The notes under the pieces were generated by a model. The model ran no database searches and was not told where the DNA came from. It saw only the letters and a list, made by a program, of their open reading frames with translations. Shown in pieces: positions 22,048 through 35,165 of a stretch of 64,000 nt of DNA (its first letter is position 1; every line of letters starts with the position of its first letter). A program made the position numbers and the translations under genes. Source of the stretch: Eledone cirrhosa (Eukaryota); NCBI GenBank assembly GCA_964016885.1, contig OZ024764.1, positions 620,001 to 684,000 of the forward strand. The letters run 5' to 3'.

Positions 22048-24322
22048 TTACATGCATTTAAAAAAAGAAAAAGTCGTTTTTAAACGATGGTTACAGTAAA
22101 GTGAACGTTCAATTTTGCTGTTCAAAAGTTTGTTTTCCGACGTTAAAATGCAGTATATCTCCATATTGCATAATTTACAAAATCGGTGATTTTGCTTATA
22201 TGCTGGCGCACCTGTAATAATTTGCCAATAAAGAGAGAATGCTTGATTGTTCTTCTGAAGATGCCAGGCTTTATCGGCGAGGGTTGTTACGGAGCGCATT
22301 TTCTCATGCTTGATCGAAGATCGATGTTGGTATAGGCGAGCTTTGAAAGATGTTGCGGTACATCCGACGTAATACCATTTGTTGGTTCCGGAATTTATTG
22401 TACATCGGTAGACAATATTGCGTGCTAGGCATTGGTTATTCAATGGGCACGAACCTGGTTTAGTGCAGTTACAGTTATTTTTATGTTTTGCAGTAGTATC
22501 CTGGATAGTTTGGTGGGGTTGTAGCTGCGTGTTAGTGCGTTGTATGTCGCTATTCTGGTGCGCTGTGTCATTAGGGATGTACTTATTTAGTATTGTTGAG
22601 TAGAGTTTTTTAATTAGTTCTATGTTAGGTGCAGTGGAGTATGAGTCTAATGGTGCGCGAGTTTAAGATTTTATAGTATTTATGTGAAGTTGTAAAGTGT
22701 TTATTGATCAGTGTATAGAATTGTGAGATGATCTTAGTGCTAATAGAAGTATTGTACACGGGGTTATACCATATGTACTCTCTACGTCTAACTCTATTTG
22801 TTGGTTTGCACCTATTATTATGCCTATTAATGTGTCTGTGTGGTGCAATACTAGTTCGACTTAGATGTGATTTATTCATAGCACCTATGTGGTTATCGTC
22901 TAGATATTCTATTTTCCCGCAGTAACCAGCTTTTCTAAGTGCGTCGTTATAATACTCAGCATGCTCGTTGAAGGTCTGCAGATTAGACGATAGTCGGGAG
23001 ATCCTTATGAATATATTTTTAGGGATAGATTTAATAATGGAATGGGGATGGTTCGATCTTACATTAACGTACTTAAGATTTTCATTAAGTTTGTGAAATG
23101 GCTCTATATTACCGTTATTAAGGTTGAAGGTGACATCCAAGAAATTGACCACTTTAAGATTGTGTTCGAAGGTAATACTAAGTCCTAGTTCTAAGAAAAG
23201 TTTCCTAATGTTTTTATGTCACCTTTCTAGGTTTTGTTTGTTCATATTTTTTACTAATAGAAGTGTATCATCGCGGTAGATTCCACTGTGGAGGTCAATA
23301 AATTCGCCCTGGAGTCTGTGAGCTATATAGATTCCAACCAAATCCGTAACTTCCGCCGAATCATTAGAACCCATCGTAATGTCGAATTCCGAGGGTCTAT
23401 CTCTGCGGACCCAATAACTATTTTCAAAGTGCACTACTGTGCGTCCAGCTTCAAGTATAATATTAATATCCTCGTTTGTGAGGTCCGAGTTAGTCTTAGC
23501 GAATGAGAGGGCCTTATGCAGGGTTTCGGGTGAAATAGAGGAATAGTATTCATCTATATCGAATTGAATAAAAGATTTGTTTTTGTCCCTAATGTTATTG
23601 AACCATCTTATTGCCTGTTGAGTATTACCCCATAATTTAATATCTACCTTAGCCTTAACTTGAGGGATAATACGATCTAATATGTACTTACTGATTCTAC
23701 CTATATCAGATTTTGAAGGACATATTAATCTAATTTTAGGGTTAGTATCGAAGTTAGCCTTATGGTCCTTCAAATTAAAAGTCGGTGTAGCTGGAGATAG
23801 GGGTTCCGTTCTGTCGTCGATTTTCAGTTTCTTAACAATATCACATGCTGCGTTATTAATGTTGGTTAGTGTAGTTGCGTTTGTTTTTTTTTACTTCGTA
23901 TGTAATTCCTTACGTATAAAATTATTATACGTTTCTACATCTAGGGTGTATAGATTCGATGTTTTGTCTGCCTTTATAATAATTCCTTTGGTATTTCTTA
24001 GGTTGTCGAGTAGAGTTTTAATCTCCCGTTGCAGTTCGTTTTTCCTTCCGTTTGCGAATTTGATTCCAGTTATCATTTTCATTAAGTCTTGCTCGAAAGA
24101 ATCCAGAAGAGGGTTAGAGGGTGGGTTTTTGTAGGATTTGAAACCAAACTTATCGTTGTTGGTGTTGGAAGTTTGTGTAATCCTATTCCTATCGAAGTGA
24201 AAGGCCTTCCATCTAATCCGCCGAATAAATTCGTTGGTCCTTTGTATCATACCAAGAATGTATTCTTTTTTACCTTGAATGGGTATGTTTTTTAAGGACA
24301 TACCACAATGATGTTTTTCCAT
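22048..24322 (-). mobile_element. Near full-length Naiad-type PLE ORF (frameshifted)
   Basis: SLKNIP, ADKT, QFDIDEYYSSI, MGSNDSAE, YRDD, NFLDV, CNC..CPLNNQCL, YYVGCT, CKLC; ORFs 23891-24322, 23219-23773, 22625-23152, 22048-22443. Confidence 0.94.
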
Positions 24323-24367
24323 TTCGGAGACGTAGGTTGATAGGTTACTCGACTGTAAAGGAGTGTG

Positions 24368-24465
24368 AAGAATTAATAAATCTGTACTCCAATGTTACTA
24401 GGTAGTCGCATTGGTAGTCCAATGCGACTACCTAGTAACATTGGAGTACAGATTTATTAATTCTT
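24368..24465. repeat. Perfect fold-back palindrome, 47-bp arms, 4-nt loop TAGT
   Basis: 24368-24414 is the exact reverse complement of 24419-24465. Confidence 0.97.
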
Positions 24466-24919
24466 ATATATATATATAAACAAAAAAGAGAAATAGGATG
24501 AAGGTAAACAGTTACAAAAGGATTTAATCCACGTATTAACAATTGTTTCATCAGAATTTCAGTCCATTATTGCTACACTATGTAAAAATAGGCAATCAAG
24601 AAAGATACTGTGGCATCCGAATTTTCAAAATACAAAGTTGAAATGACCTTAGGAAATGAAATAAGGGGTAGTAGTGTAAGATAGAGGAACAGAGAGAGAG
24701 AGGGGGGCAAAAGAGGGGGGGAGAGAGAAAAGGGACGGAGGTAGGAAGAGAAAGAGATAGGGTGGTGTGAGAGGATTTGTATAGAATATAGTTAAGTTAC
24801 AAGAAGGGAGGGTGAGGGGGGTTGTGTGCTAAAAGTTGTGATGAGTAGAGGGAGAGAGAAGGAAGATAGAATTTTAAGTGGCATTTGGAAGTGGACAGGC
24901 GAAAGTTTTACCAGAGAAC

Positions 24920-26080
24920 AGATGTATAACTAGTTTATTCCTTAATTGTATTATTATTCTATCTAAAATATGCTTGCTAATTTTACCAATATCTGACTTA
25001 GAAGGGCATATTAATCTAATTGTGGGTTTATCTAAGAAATCTAATTTGTGGTCCTCAAGATTGAAGGTGGGGGTCCAAGTTGTCATGGGCTCAGTTCTAT
25101 CTTCAAGTTCTAGACTTTTGACGATATGGTGTGCTTGTTTGTTGATGTTAAGTAGTGCTTGGTTATTGGTTTTCTTATATTTTTTATGTAATTCCTTCCG
25201 TATAAGGTCGTGATAGGTATTAATGTCCATTGTGTACACATTAGATGTTTTATCCGCTTTGACAATAATCCCGTTAGTGGTGCGCAGCTTGTTTAGAAAG
25301 GTATCCATGTCTTTATGAAGCTTATTGGTTTTGAACTATTTAGTATTCATGACCATCTTAAGTAAGTCCTGTTCAAAGGCGTCCAGTAGAGGGTTAGTGG
25401 GTGGGTTTTTACAGGAGTTGAACCCATATGTATTCTTTCCAGAGTTCGCGGTATAATCATTACGTCCTTTGTCGAAGTGGAATATATATATATAGTATTA
25501 TCCGTAGTGTTGTAATATGAATATTATACACAGTAGATGGACAGCTCACGTTGAGTTTGCTCGACGGTTCCAGTTGTAGTTTCAAAAGTAATCCGGAGAA
25601 AATAGAAGGATTTAAATGGATACAGTTCAGTAAAAGGAATTTATTGACACGTGTTTCAATAACAGTTATATAATCTGAAAACAGTTGCTATCTACAAAGT
25701 ATTAATTATGCAGACACTTTTTATACACATTCTAAAACCAAATTTGTTGTTTACACCACTTTCTGATGGTGAGTTCATATGGCTTCTATCATAGTGGAGC
25801 GTTTTCCACCTGACACGTCGAATGAATTCGTTTGTTTTTTGTATCATACTCAATAAGTATTCCTTTTTACCTGGGTTGGTATGTTTTTAAGTGACATATC
25901 CAGGTAGTGCTTTTCCATTGTTGTGGTTACGTTTGCTGAGTGGGTTGCTCAACTTTACAGGAGGTAAATATATAGTATTATCCGTAGTGTTGTAATATGA
26001 ATATTATACACAGTAGATGGACAGCTCACGTAGGGTTTCTCGACGGTTCCAGTTGTAGTTTCAAAAGTAATCCGGAGAAA
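24920..26080 (-). mobile_element. Naiad-type fragments, including an internally deleted copy between direct terminal repeats (about 25465-25603 and 25968-26080)
   Basis: ADKTSNVY, PSKSDIGKISK; MEKHYLDMSLKN; duplicated TAGTATTATCCGTAGTG..ATCCGGAGAAAA flanked by (TA)n. Confidence 0.8.
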
Positions 26081-26737
26081 ATATATATATATATATAATT
26101 AAAAGTTTAGCAAGGTTCAATGAATTCATCAATGAATAAAGTTTCACAATAGATTAGAAGCACTCTACAGTTAGGTTTTCTGGAGTTATTAATATTACTT
26201 CAAATATTGCATTGAAGGCACACTGCACAGTCTTAGGTGACTGTGTTCGAGCATATTCCAAAATGCAAAATGACTTTTCTTTGGAAGTGAATGGCATTTC
26301 TCAACCTGAAAAGAGAAAAATATAAAACATTAAATATAAAATCTTGATCTGTTTCTATACATTCTGTGAAAATTTGAGGTTATTTCAACAAGAATTGCCA
26401 AAATTATTGGCCTGTGAAATGATGTCAAATTTTATGGGACACCCTGTATATATATATATTTTTTTTTTATATGTTCGTCCCTGCAGAAAAAGTCACAAAT
26501 TTAGTGGTGTGTGGCATGTTTAGAATGTTTGCAGATCATCAATTTTGCGTGTTTCTTTTTTTCGTTGTTGGGGGCCACCATTTTAGTGGAGTTAGTTTTT
26601 ACAAATCAACCCCACTAATTTAATATTAGATGAGACATAATACTCTATCAACATTTTCTCTGTGTGTATGTTTTTTATACAAACACGATATTAGCAATGA
26701 ACAAGAAAGATGGCCTGAAAAATACTAATAAATAATT

Positions 26738-26997
26738 AAAATATGTAGTTTAGAAAGCCACAACAATGCAGATGGGAAATCTCGAGGTAGGAAGTGAGTG
26801 AGAAATAGGAGAAAAGTGAAAAATGAGAGAAACGAAAACAAAACAAAGGTAGAAGGATTACCGTAGTGGAGATTTAATCCCAATATTTCGGGCTCACGCC
26901 CATCAACGGGGGGGAGAGTTCCAAAAGGGGGGAACAGGCTAAGCCAGAGAAAGTTGTATTGTCGTAGGAATGCCGTTATGGGGAAAAATTCAAACGA
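26738..26997 (-). repeat. Solo copy of the terminal repeat (pLTR) of the PLE at 49113-51389
   Basis: Near-identical to 49113-49375 and 51217-51389. Confidence 0.9.
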
Positions 26998-27609
26998 GGG
27001 AAAGAGTGCGCGTGATAGGCTGTGGCAAAAGCTACTGACCAATTGGGTTAGATCAATAGGGTGCGCTAGCGTGTGAAAGCCGTAAAATATGTGTGTGTGT
27101 GAAAGATAGTGGGCCGTAGAAGCTGGAATTCAAAGGGTGTGAAAGGTGGTAGGTTGTATAAACATGTGTGCATGTATAAATATAGATGTGTGTGTATGTG
27201 TATGGGTATACATATAAGTGCGTGTGTGTGAAAGATAGTAGGCCGTAGGGGCTGTTACTGGTCACTATGGTTAGATTAGCCAATAAATAATTGTCTTTAT
27301 TTGTTTGAGTGCATGTAGATAATTATAGTCGAGATTCGTACCCGTTAGTGTGTAATTCAATCCTGTGCGTGTGTGTAGAGGATTTGCTCAAGGGCTGAAA
27401 ACCGCATCTGTCACAAGGACAGATTAGCCAAAAAGAGGAAATTGAAAATAAGGGTTCACCTTATATTAAGAACAAAATGGTTCATTTTCCCGCCACTAGG
27501 TGGCTCTGCTGACCTTATACTTCACTACATATGAAAGTTCTTCGATATCTTCATTCTATTAAAATTAATAGTTGGGATCCGGTGGTACTTACTGGAACTG
27601 GGACCAACT

Positions 27610-27970
27610 CCCTAAGTAAGTATTAATTTTAGCTATTTGATATTTGGCCGTAGTTGGTTATACAAATTATTAACTTCATAAAGATTTTTGGTTTTGTCAG
27701 AAAAAAACAAAAGTATTTTTAGAGTGTTTAAAATTAGAAATGTCGTTAAAGAGTTTGGATTGAAAATTGTTGTACTTACAGTATTTTAATTAATTTATCA
27801 AGTTAATTAGGTCTATTTCGAAGTTGGCCATGTTCTTAACTCGAGGTGGGTATTTACGTGATTTAATATCAAAGTAGTCATTAGAATCAGCACAGATAGC
27901 CTTCCATCTCATTCTTTTTATGGCTTGTTCAATTTTGTCAATTAATAATTTGGTGTAAGTGGTGGAAGGA
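27610..27970 (-). mobile_element. Degenerate Naiad-type PLE N-terminal fragment
   Basis: YTKLLIDKIEQAIKRMRWKA, FSDKTKNLYEV. Confidence 0.8.
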
Positions 27971-28094
27971 ATACAAACTCACTAAGAGATTGTTTCACCG
28001 TATTAGTGGTTTGTAACTCAGCTCTTGGATCATCAGCAAGTGCTCCAGCTGATATTGTCTCGTGCATCTATTCACATGCAGGTCAGTAGGATGG

Positions 28095-28465
28095 ATGTGA
28101 CCAGTTCATCTGTTGTCAGTCTCCAGATGCAGCCACTCCATCTGTTGTCAGTCTCCAGATGTGGCCACTCCATCTGTTGTTAGTCTCCAGATGTGGCCAG
28201 CCCGTCTGTTGTCAGTCTCCAGATGTGGCCAGTCCGTCTGTTGTCAGTCTCCAGATGTGACCAGTCCGTCTGTTGTCAGTCTCCAGATGTGGCCAGTCCG
28301 TCTGTTGTCAGTCTCCAGATGTGGCCAGTCCGTCTGTTGTCAGTCTCCAGATGTGGCCAGTCCGTCTGTTGTCAGTCTCCAGATGTGGCCAGTCCGTCTG
28401 TTGTCAGTCTCCAGATGTGGCCAGTCCGTCTGTTGTCAGTCTCCAGATGTGGCCAGTCCGTCTGT
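28095..28465. repeat. 32-bp minisatellite, about 11-12 copies
   Basis: Unit ATGTGGCCAGTCCGTCTGTTGTCAGTCTCCAG. Confidence 0.95.
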
Positions 28466-28599
28466 TTGTTCGTCTTGATGGTTGATGTTATGTCACTGAC
28501 TCCAGTTTGTGGTCAGCTCCAAGTGTTGTTCCTCTTGTCACACCACCTGACACTCAGCATAGTGTGCTCCACCTTTCACTGTGTGACACTATCTCCTTC

Positions 28600-28890
28600 C
28601 TGGTGTCAGTGTCACCCTCCATACCTCGCTACTGGCAAGATGGGCTCGTTGAAGATTTTCCGCTTTATTCTCATGGTGGCCTTAGGACTCTTCCTGGTGT
28701 TATGTACTTTCCAAAGGCCGCCCATCCAAGCGTGATTCTTCTCTTAATCTCCGGAAGAAGGTCTCTGTCCTTTGTCACCATCTTCCCTAGGTAAACATAT
28801 GTCTACTCCCTCAACAATCTTGCTATTTATAGAGACAGGTGCAGGTGTGGCATGGTTGTTAAACATTACCTTGGTCTTTTCTAAGTCATG
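28600..28890 (-). mobile_element. Degenerate RTE-type LINE RT C-terminal fragment
   Basis: EIKRRITLGWAAFGK, KRKIFNEPILPVARYG. Confidence 0.65.
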
Positions 28891-29024
28891 TTCAGTCTAA
28901 CTGGTTGATTTGTTGTGTGGTTCCTACCTCCTGGGGTGAGTGCACACACACACACACACATATATATGTTATTGCTGCTAATGAAATGTTTGAATTTATA
29001 TTAGAGCTGACTTAAGGTTCTTGT

Positions 29025-30647
29025 GACTACATGTAGCTGACTTAGTTATAATAGTGACTACATGTAGCTGACTTAGTTCTAATAGTGACTATATGTGGCT
29101 GACTTAGTTCTAATAGTGACTACATGTAGCTGACTTAGTTATAATAGTGACTACATGTAGCTGACTTAGTTATAATAGTGACTACATGTAGCTGACTTAG
29201 TTCTAATAGTGACTACATGTAGCTGACTTAGTTCTAATAGTGACTACATGTAGCTGACTTAGTTCTAATAGTGACTACATGTGGCTGACTTAGTTCTAAT
29301 AGTGACTACATGTAGCTGACTTAGTTCTAATAGTGACTACATGTAGCTGACTTAGTTCCTATAGTGACTACATGTGGCTGACTTAGTTCTAATAGTGACT
29401 ACATGTAGCTGACTTAGTTCCTATAGTGACTACATGTGGCTGACTTAGTTCTAATAGTGACTACATGTAGCTGACTTAGTTCTAATAGTGACTACATGTG
29501 GCTGACTTAGTTCTAATAGTGACTACATGTGGCTGACTTAGTTATAATAGTGACTACATGTAGCTGACTTAGTTCTAATAGTGACTACATGTAGCTGACT
29601 TAGTTATAATAGTGACTACATGTAGCTGACTTAGTTCTAATAGTGACTACATGTAGCTGACTTAGTTCTAATAGTGACTACATGTGGCTGACTTAGTTCT
29701 AATAGTGACTACATGTAGCTGACTTAGTTATAATAGTGACTACATGTAGCTGACTTAGTTCTAATAGTGACTACATGTAGCTGACTTAGTTCCTATAGTG
29801 ACTACATGTGGCTGACTTAGTTCTAATAGTGACTACATGTAGCTGACTTAGTTCCTATAGTGACTACATGTGGCTGACTTAGTTCTAATAGTGACTACAT
29901 GTGGCTGACTTAGTTCTAATAGTGACTACATGTGGCTGACTTAGTTCTAATAGTGACTACATGTGGCTGACTTAGTTATAATAGTGACTACATGTAGCTG
30001 ACTTAGTTATAATAGTGACTACATGTAGCTGACTTAGTTCTAATAGTGACTACATGTAGCTGACTTAGTTCTAATAGTGACTACATGTAGCTGACTTAGT
30101 TCTAATAGTGACTACATGTGGCTGACTTAGTTATAATAGTGACTACATGTAGCTGACTTAGTTCTAATAGTGACTACATGTAGCTGACTTAGTTATAATA
30201 GTGACTACATGTAGCTGACTTAGTTATAATAGTGACTACATGTAGCTGACTTAGTTCTAAGTGACTACATGTAGCTGACTTAGTTCTAATAGTGACTACA
30301 TGTAGCTGACTTAGTTCTAATAGTGACTACATGTAGCTGACTTAGTTCTAATAGTGACTACATGTAGCTGACTTAGTTCCTATAGTGACTACATGTGGCT
30401 GACTTAGTTCTAATAGTGACTACATGTGGCTGACTTAGTTCTAATAGTGACTACATGTAGCTGACTTAGTTCTAATAGTGACTACATGTAGCTGACTTAG
30501 TTCCTATAGTGATTACATGTAGCTGACTTAGTTCCTATAGTGACTACATGTGGCTGACTTAGTTCTAATAGTGACTACATGTAGCTGACTTAGTTCTAAT
30601 AGTGACTACATGTAGCTGACTTAGTTCTAATAGTGACTACATGTAGC
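29025..30647. repeat. 31-bp satellite, about 52 copies
   Basis: Unit GACTACATGTAGCTGACTTAGTTCTAATAGT with variants TAG/TGG and TTCTAAT/TTATAAT/TTCCTAT. Confidence 0.97.
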
Positions 30648-31096
30648 ACTTTGATTAACTTATACTTTTGTCAGATAATATAATTAATTACTTTATGTAT
30701 TAATCAATATTTATATATATATGCGTGTGTGTGTGTGTGTGTGTGTGTGTATAAGAAGGAATTGGTAGTTTACTTGAAGCATTGTATAGTGAGGTGTAAA
30801 CGTAAGGCCAGAAGAAGGCAGGTTTGCGGATAGAGTATAAATGTAAAAGATAGCGCTGACAATTAGTCTTTTACCTTAATTTATTCATATATCCTGATAT
30901 TTTGAGATAATATCTCTTCGTCTGAGGAAAGTAAAGGGGTTACTCCAGTGTCCGAAGTGGGTTGCTAAGTCATGCTGACTGGAAGTAGTGTAAAATTCTA
31001 TTCTACTTCTAATGCCAAAGAGTGAAGGTCTGGGTTATCTTTTACATGTATATTCTATCTCCAAACCTGCATTGTTCTGTCCTTCTAACTTCTAAT

Positions 31097-31146
<50 letters not shown>

Positions 31147-31149
31147 AAA

Positions 31150-33810
31150 AATTGAACAGGGACAGAACAGAGAGGCAGTACGACAAATGTTTATTAGATT
31201 CACGCTCAGGAGAGTGGGGGGTAGGTGGAGGACGACGTTTCGGGCATAAGCCCTTCAGGTAAGAGTTCAAAAGGTGTGTAGGGGAGTGGTGGAGAGACAT
31301 ATAGCGAAAGGAAAGTGAAGGTGGTGTGTGTGGTTAGGTGTGCGTGTGTGTGTGTATGTGAAAGTGAGGGTTGGGGGAAGAACGGGGTTGCATGTTCAGG
31401 AAGGTGTGTGTGGGGGGTGTTTTTGTGTGTCGGAGGGTCTGTGCGTGTGTGGATAGGGGGGTGGGGGGAGAGGAATCAGGGGGCTGAGGGTGTAAATATG
31501 TGGTGGGAAGCACGTGTGTGTGGTTTAAGCGTGTTGTATTTGTGGGTGGCGTGTGGATTTTGGGATGTGTGTGGGTGAGTTATATAGGTGGTGTTAGAGG
31601 ATGGTTGAAAAGTGGTAAGTTACACGGATGTATGGAGATTTTGGTTGGAAGTCAAAACGCGTGTGGGTAATCCAAGAAGCGGTGGTCGGAAGATGAGAGA
31701 TGTGGGGTGCGCGCGCAACAGGAAGTGGTCAGCAGTGGAAGTGCTGTGGTCAGTTGGTGCTGAGACAGTGGTCGGAAGGGCATAGCAGCAGTCAGCGGAA
31801 TGGTAGGGAGGCGAGGATGGGTAGGTGTGAGAGTTGGAGTGAGGAGGGTGTGTGTGTGTGTATTAGTAGGGGTGTTAGTGGGATGAGTGAGTGTGGAGTG
31901 GGGAGAGAAGGGTGTGTGTGGTTCTATGGAGGGAGTGTGGTGTACTGGTGTGTGTGTAGTTTGGTGAGGAGGTGTTAGTGGGTGTTAGTAGACGGGAGGT
32001 GGGGAGGGGTGGAATGCAGGTGTTAGTGGGGGTAGGGTGTGTAGAGTTGGTGGTGTACGAGGGTGTGTGGGTACGTGTGCGTGGGGTTGGAGGGTGTTAG
32101 TGATGTTAGTTGCGTGTGGGGTGGGTGGTGTAAGTGTGTGCGTGTGATAAGGAGGGGGGAGGAGGAGAAGAGGGGAGGGAAGGGATGTTAGTATGTTAGT
32201 TGGGGAAGGGTGGTTAGATGAGGGGTGGAGTGGTGTTAGTATTGTTAGTGTGGGGTGGGCGGTGAAAAGGAGGGGTGTGTTAGTGGGGGAGGGGGGCGGT
32301 CGAACGCTAAAGGAATAAGGGTGGGGAGTTCAGGCCGGGGGGAGTGTGGGTCTGTAAGAGGAAGATAGTACGTTGTTCGACCGTGAGGCGATGGGCGGGT
32401 GTTCCGTGGCACTGGAGTAGGCCACAGACTGTGAGATGGTGTGCGGAGTGTCCAGGGCCACCAAAGTGGCGGGCGATGGTGAGATGTCCAAGAAGTGGAC
32501 GTGGGTGGTGGAGATAGAGGTGGTGAAGTGGAGGGAGGGGTGGAAGGAGCAGAAGAAGGAGAGAAAGGAGTCGAGCTGTACTCGGGTGAGGGTCGTGGCT
32601 CCGATACAGTCGTCAATGTAACGACCGTACAGTTCGGGCGTGGGGCCGGTGTACTGGGCAAAGATTTGGGCCTCAACATGGCCAACAAAAAGGTTGGCAT
32701 AGTTCGGGCCCATTCTTGTGCCCATGGCTACCCCCGTGACCTGTTGGTAAAACTCACCCGAGAAGGAGAAACAATTTAGGGTCAGGATCGGCGAGGCGAA
32801 GGAGGGTGGGGGTGGATGGAATGGGGGAGGGGCGAAGGTCGAGGTAGTGTTTGAGGGCGCGAAGGCCGTCGGCGTGGGGGATGACGGTATAGAGGGACTT
32901 GATGTCTAGGGTGAAGAGGAATGGCTGAGGGCCGGGTAGGTAGGTGAAGGAGTCGAAAAGGCGCAGGGCGTGGTTGGTGTCAGATGTGGGAGGGGAGGGT
33001 GGTGACATGGGGGGCGAGGAGGGAGTCGAGAAAGGCGAAGATGAGTTCGGTGGGGCAGTTGCAAGCGGAGACGATGGGACGGCCGGGTTTGTGGAGTTTG
33101 GGGAGGAAGTAGATGGTGGGGGTGCGGGGTGTGCGGACTATGAGGTGGGAGGAGGCGATAAGGTCTTTGATGGTGGAGGAGACTTGTTGTTGGTAGAGGG
33201 GGGTGGGATCGGAGGGTAGAGGGCGGTAAAAGAGGGGGTTACAGAGCTGCCTGAGGGCTTCAGCCTTGTAGAGGTCCGCGCGCCATACCACCACGGCGCC
33301 TCCCTTGTCCGCCGGTTTGATGACGATGTCATCTCGGCTACGGAGGGAGCGGAGAGCGAGGAGTTCGCCCCGTGAGATGTTGTGCCGTTTGGAACGGTGG
33401 CGGAAGTCGAAACGATTTACTGCGCTACGGCTGGCATCGACGAAGGCGTCCAGGGTGCTAAATTGCCCTGGCGCCGGCGTCCAAGAAGATGGTCGTCGGC
33501 CCAGGGCGAGAAACGGGTCTGGGGCGTCCGGAGCCGGTGGCGTTTGACCGAAATGTGCCTGTAGCTTAGTGCATCGCACGAATCGCTCGACTTCCGTTCG
33601 GGTGCGGAACTCGTCGCTGATGTAAATATCTTTAAGTCGTTTGGAAGCCTCGACAATGCAAATGGGTAAATCTCCGGGTAACAAGGTCCGGTGGTGGAGA
33701 GAGAGATGTAAGTGGGTGTACGTTGAGATGCGTGGTGTGTATAAGATGTGTGAGATGTGTAGAATGAAGGGAAGAGTATAAAGGATAAAATAAAAATAAC
33801 AACACAAGAG
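31150..33810 (-). mobile_element. GC-rich PLE of a different clade (Neptune-like), disrupted, with degenerate hammerhead at about 31228-31262
   Basis: IKPADKGGAVVVW, YFLPKLHK, GRPIVS, LDIKSLYTVIP, AMGTRMGPNYANLFVG, RYIDD, HFLDI; CTGAAG-GGCTTATGCCC-GAAACGTCGTC. Confidence 0.85.
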
Positions 33811-34250
33811 AGAGTTACCTTGGGAGAGATTTAATAGTCCCTATATATTTCGGATTCACATCCATCAACTGGGGTTTTTTTCTGGGGTGGGGGAAAAAGG
33901 TCTGTCGGACAAGTCCTTCGCTGTTTGTTGTTTTGAATATCTGAGGTATTCGGCAGAGCGCGCGTGCGCGTGAAATGGGGTCGGTCGTACAGAGGTCAGC
34001 GGCCGAATGAGGGAGTGGGATGGCGCTAGCTGTCAGTCCATTCTCTGCCTGTTTGTTAAATGTTACTGTGTGTGCGTGTGTTGTTGTCTCGCTTGTGTGT
34101 GTGTGTGCGTGTGTTGTTGCCTTGTTCCTCTGTATTGGCAGTGTAGTATGTTCGTATGGTGGAATGCTACTGTGCGTGTGTAGTTGTCTCGTATATATAT
34201 ATATGTATATATTACATTACAGAATCAAAACTATGTTCAAAACATTTTAT

Positions 34251-34297
34251 TGCTGACAATCGTTTCTTCCAAACTTTCGTTTGGAATCATCAGAGTA
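34251..34297 (-). ncRNA. Minimal type I hammerhead ribozyme (PLE 3' terminus)
   Basis: tact-CTGATGA-ttccaaac(gaaa)gtttggaa-GAAAC-gatt-GTC-agca, followed by AATAAA and (TA)n. Confidence 0.85.
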
Positions 34298-34799
34298 TTG
34301 GCAAAGGTTAGCAGTTGTTTATAATAATAGATATCACCAAGACTCATGTCGAGTCACCATTTTTGCAGATAGTTTGTAGAGCAATTTATAAGAGGTTAGT
34401 TGGGGTCACCAATTTATCAGAAAGATATAATAATGATGGGAATATCAACACGGATAATACATTGGTTATATTTTAGTGAATGTTTATCAGTAGTTACATC
34501 TAAGGATTGTATATTGGTCCTATTACAATCTTATTCAGGAATCGAGTTGTTCTAGAGTGATCTGTCTAACGGTTTAATTTCAGGGAATGAATTAGAGAGC
34601 TATATTAAGGGGAGGTAAAGTTGTGGAAAGAGTGTCGGTGGTAGTGTTGGCACATGATAAAAACCTCTGATTTTCTATTTAGCTTAGAATAGATTATAGT
34701 GCGGGTCTCTAGAAGACAGAGGTTACATAATCTATTTGGTGGTTTATATATATATATATAAAGTACAGAACAATCAAATCTATATTTAATACATTTTAT

Positions 34800-34846
34800 T
34801 GCTGACAATCGTTTCTTCCAAACGGTTGTTTGGATTCATCAGAGCA
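34800..34846 (-). ncRNA. Minimal type I hammerhead ribozyme, paralogue of 34251-34297
   Basis: tgct-CTGATGA-atccaaac(aacc)gtttggaa-GAAAC-gatt-GTC-agca. Confidence 0.88.
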
Positions 34847-35165
34847 TTGGCAAAGTTTAAACATATAATTAAATTCCTATTCCACAGAACATTCATAAAG
34901 ATACGTTGATATTATTGTTGCTATCAATACTGTCATATTCAAAGAGAGTGAAGATGTGGTCTGTAGCAATGGCTATAATAAAGAGTATAAAGGAAGGTTA
35001 CTCGCAAAGGAGGACATTAGTGGTACATAGCCATATAGACAGTAAGAGTGCAGAGGTATTAAGCATATACAGAATAACATGGTAAAGATATCACAAAATA
35101 TAGGTGTAATAGGATACACATGTATATATTGATAGACACACAAACACTATCACACTACCAATATA

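Noticed and set aside
24535-24560. Hammerhead CTGATGA-AACAATTGTT
   Set aside because: Stem II is absent; a remnant at best
28113-28735. Plus-strand Cys/Ser/Val repeat ORFs
   Set aside because: Translation artefacts of the 32-bp minisatellite
29025-30647. CRISPR-like array
   Set aside because: Head-to-tail 31-bp units with no unique spacers, no cas genes and a eukaryotic context; it is a satellite
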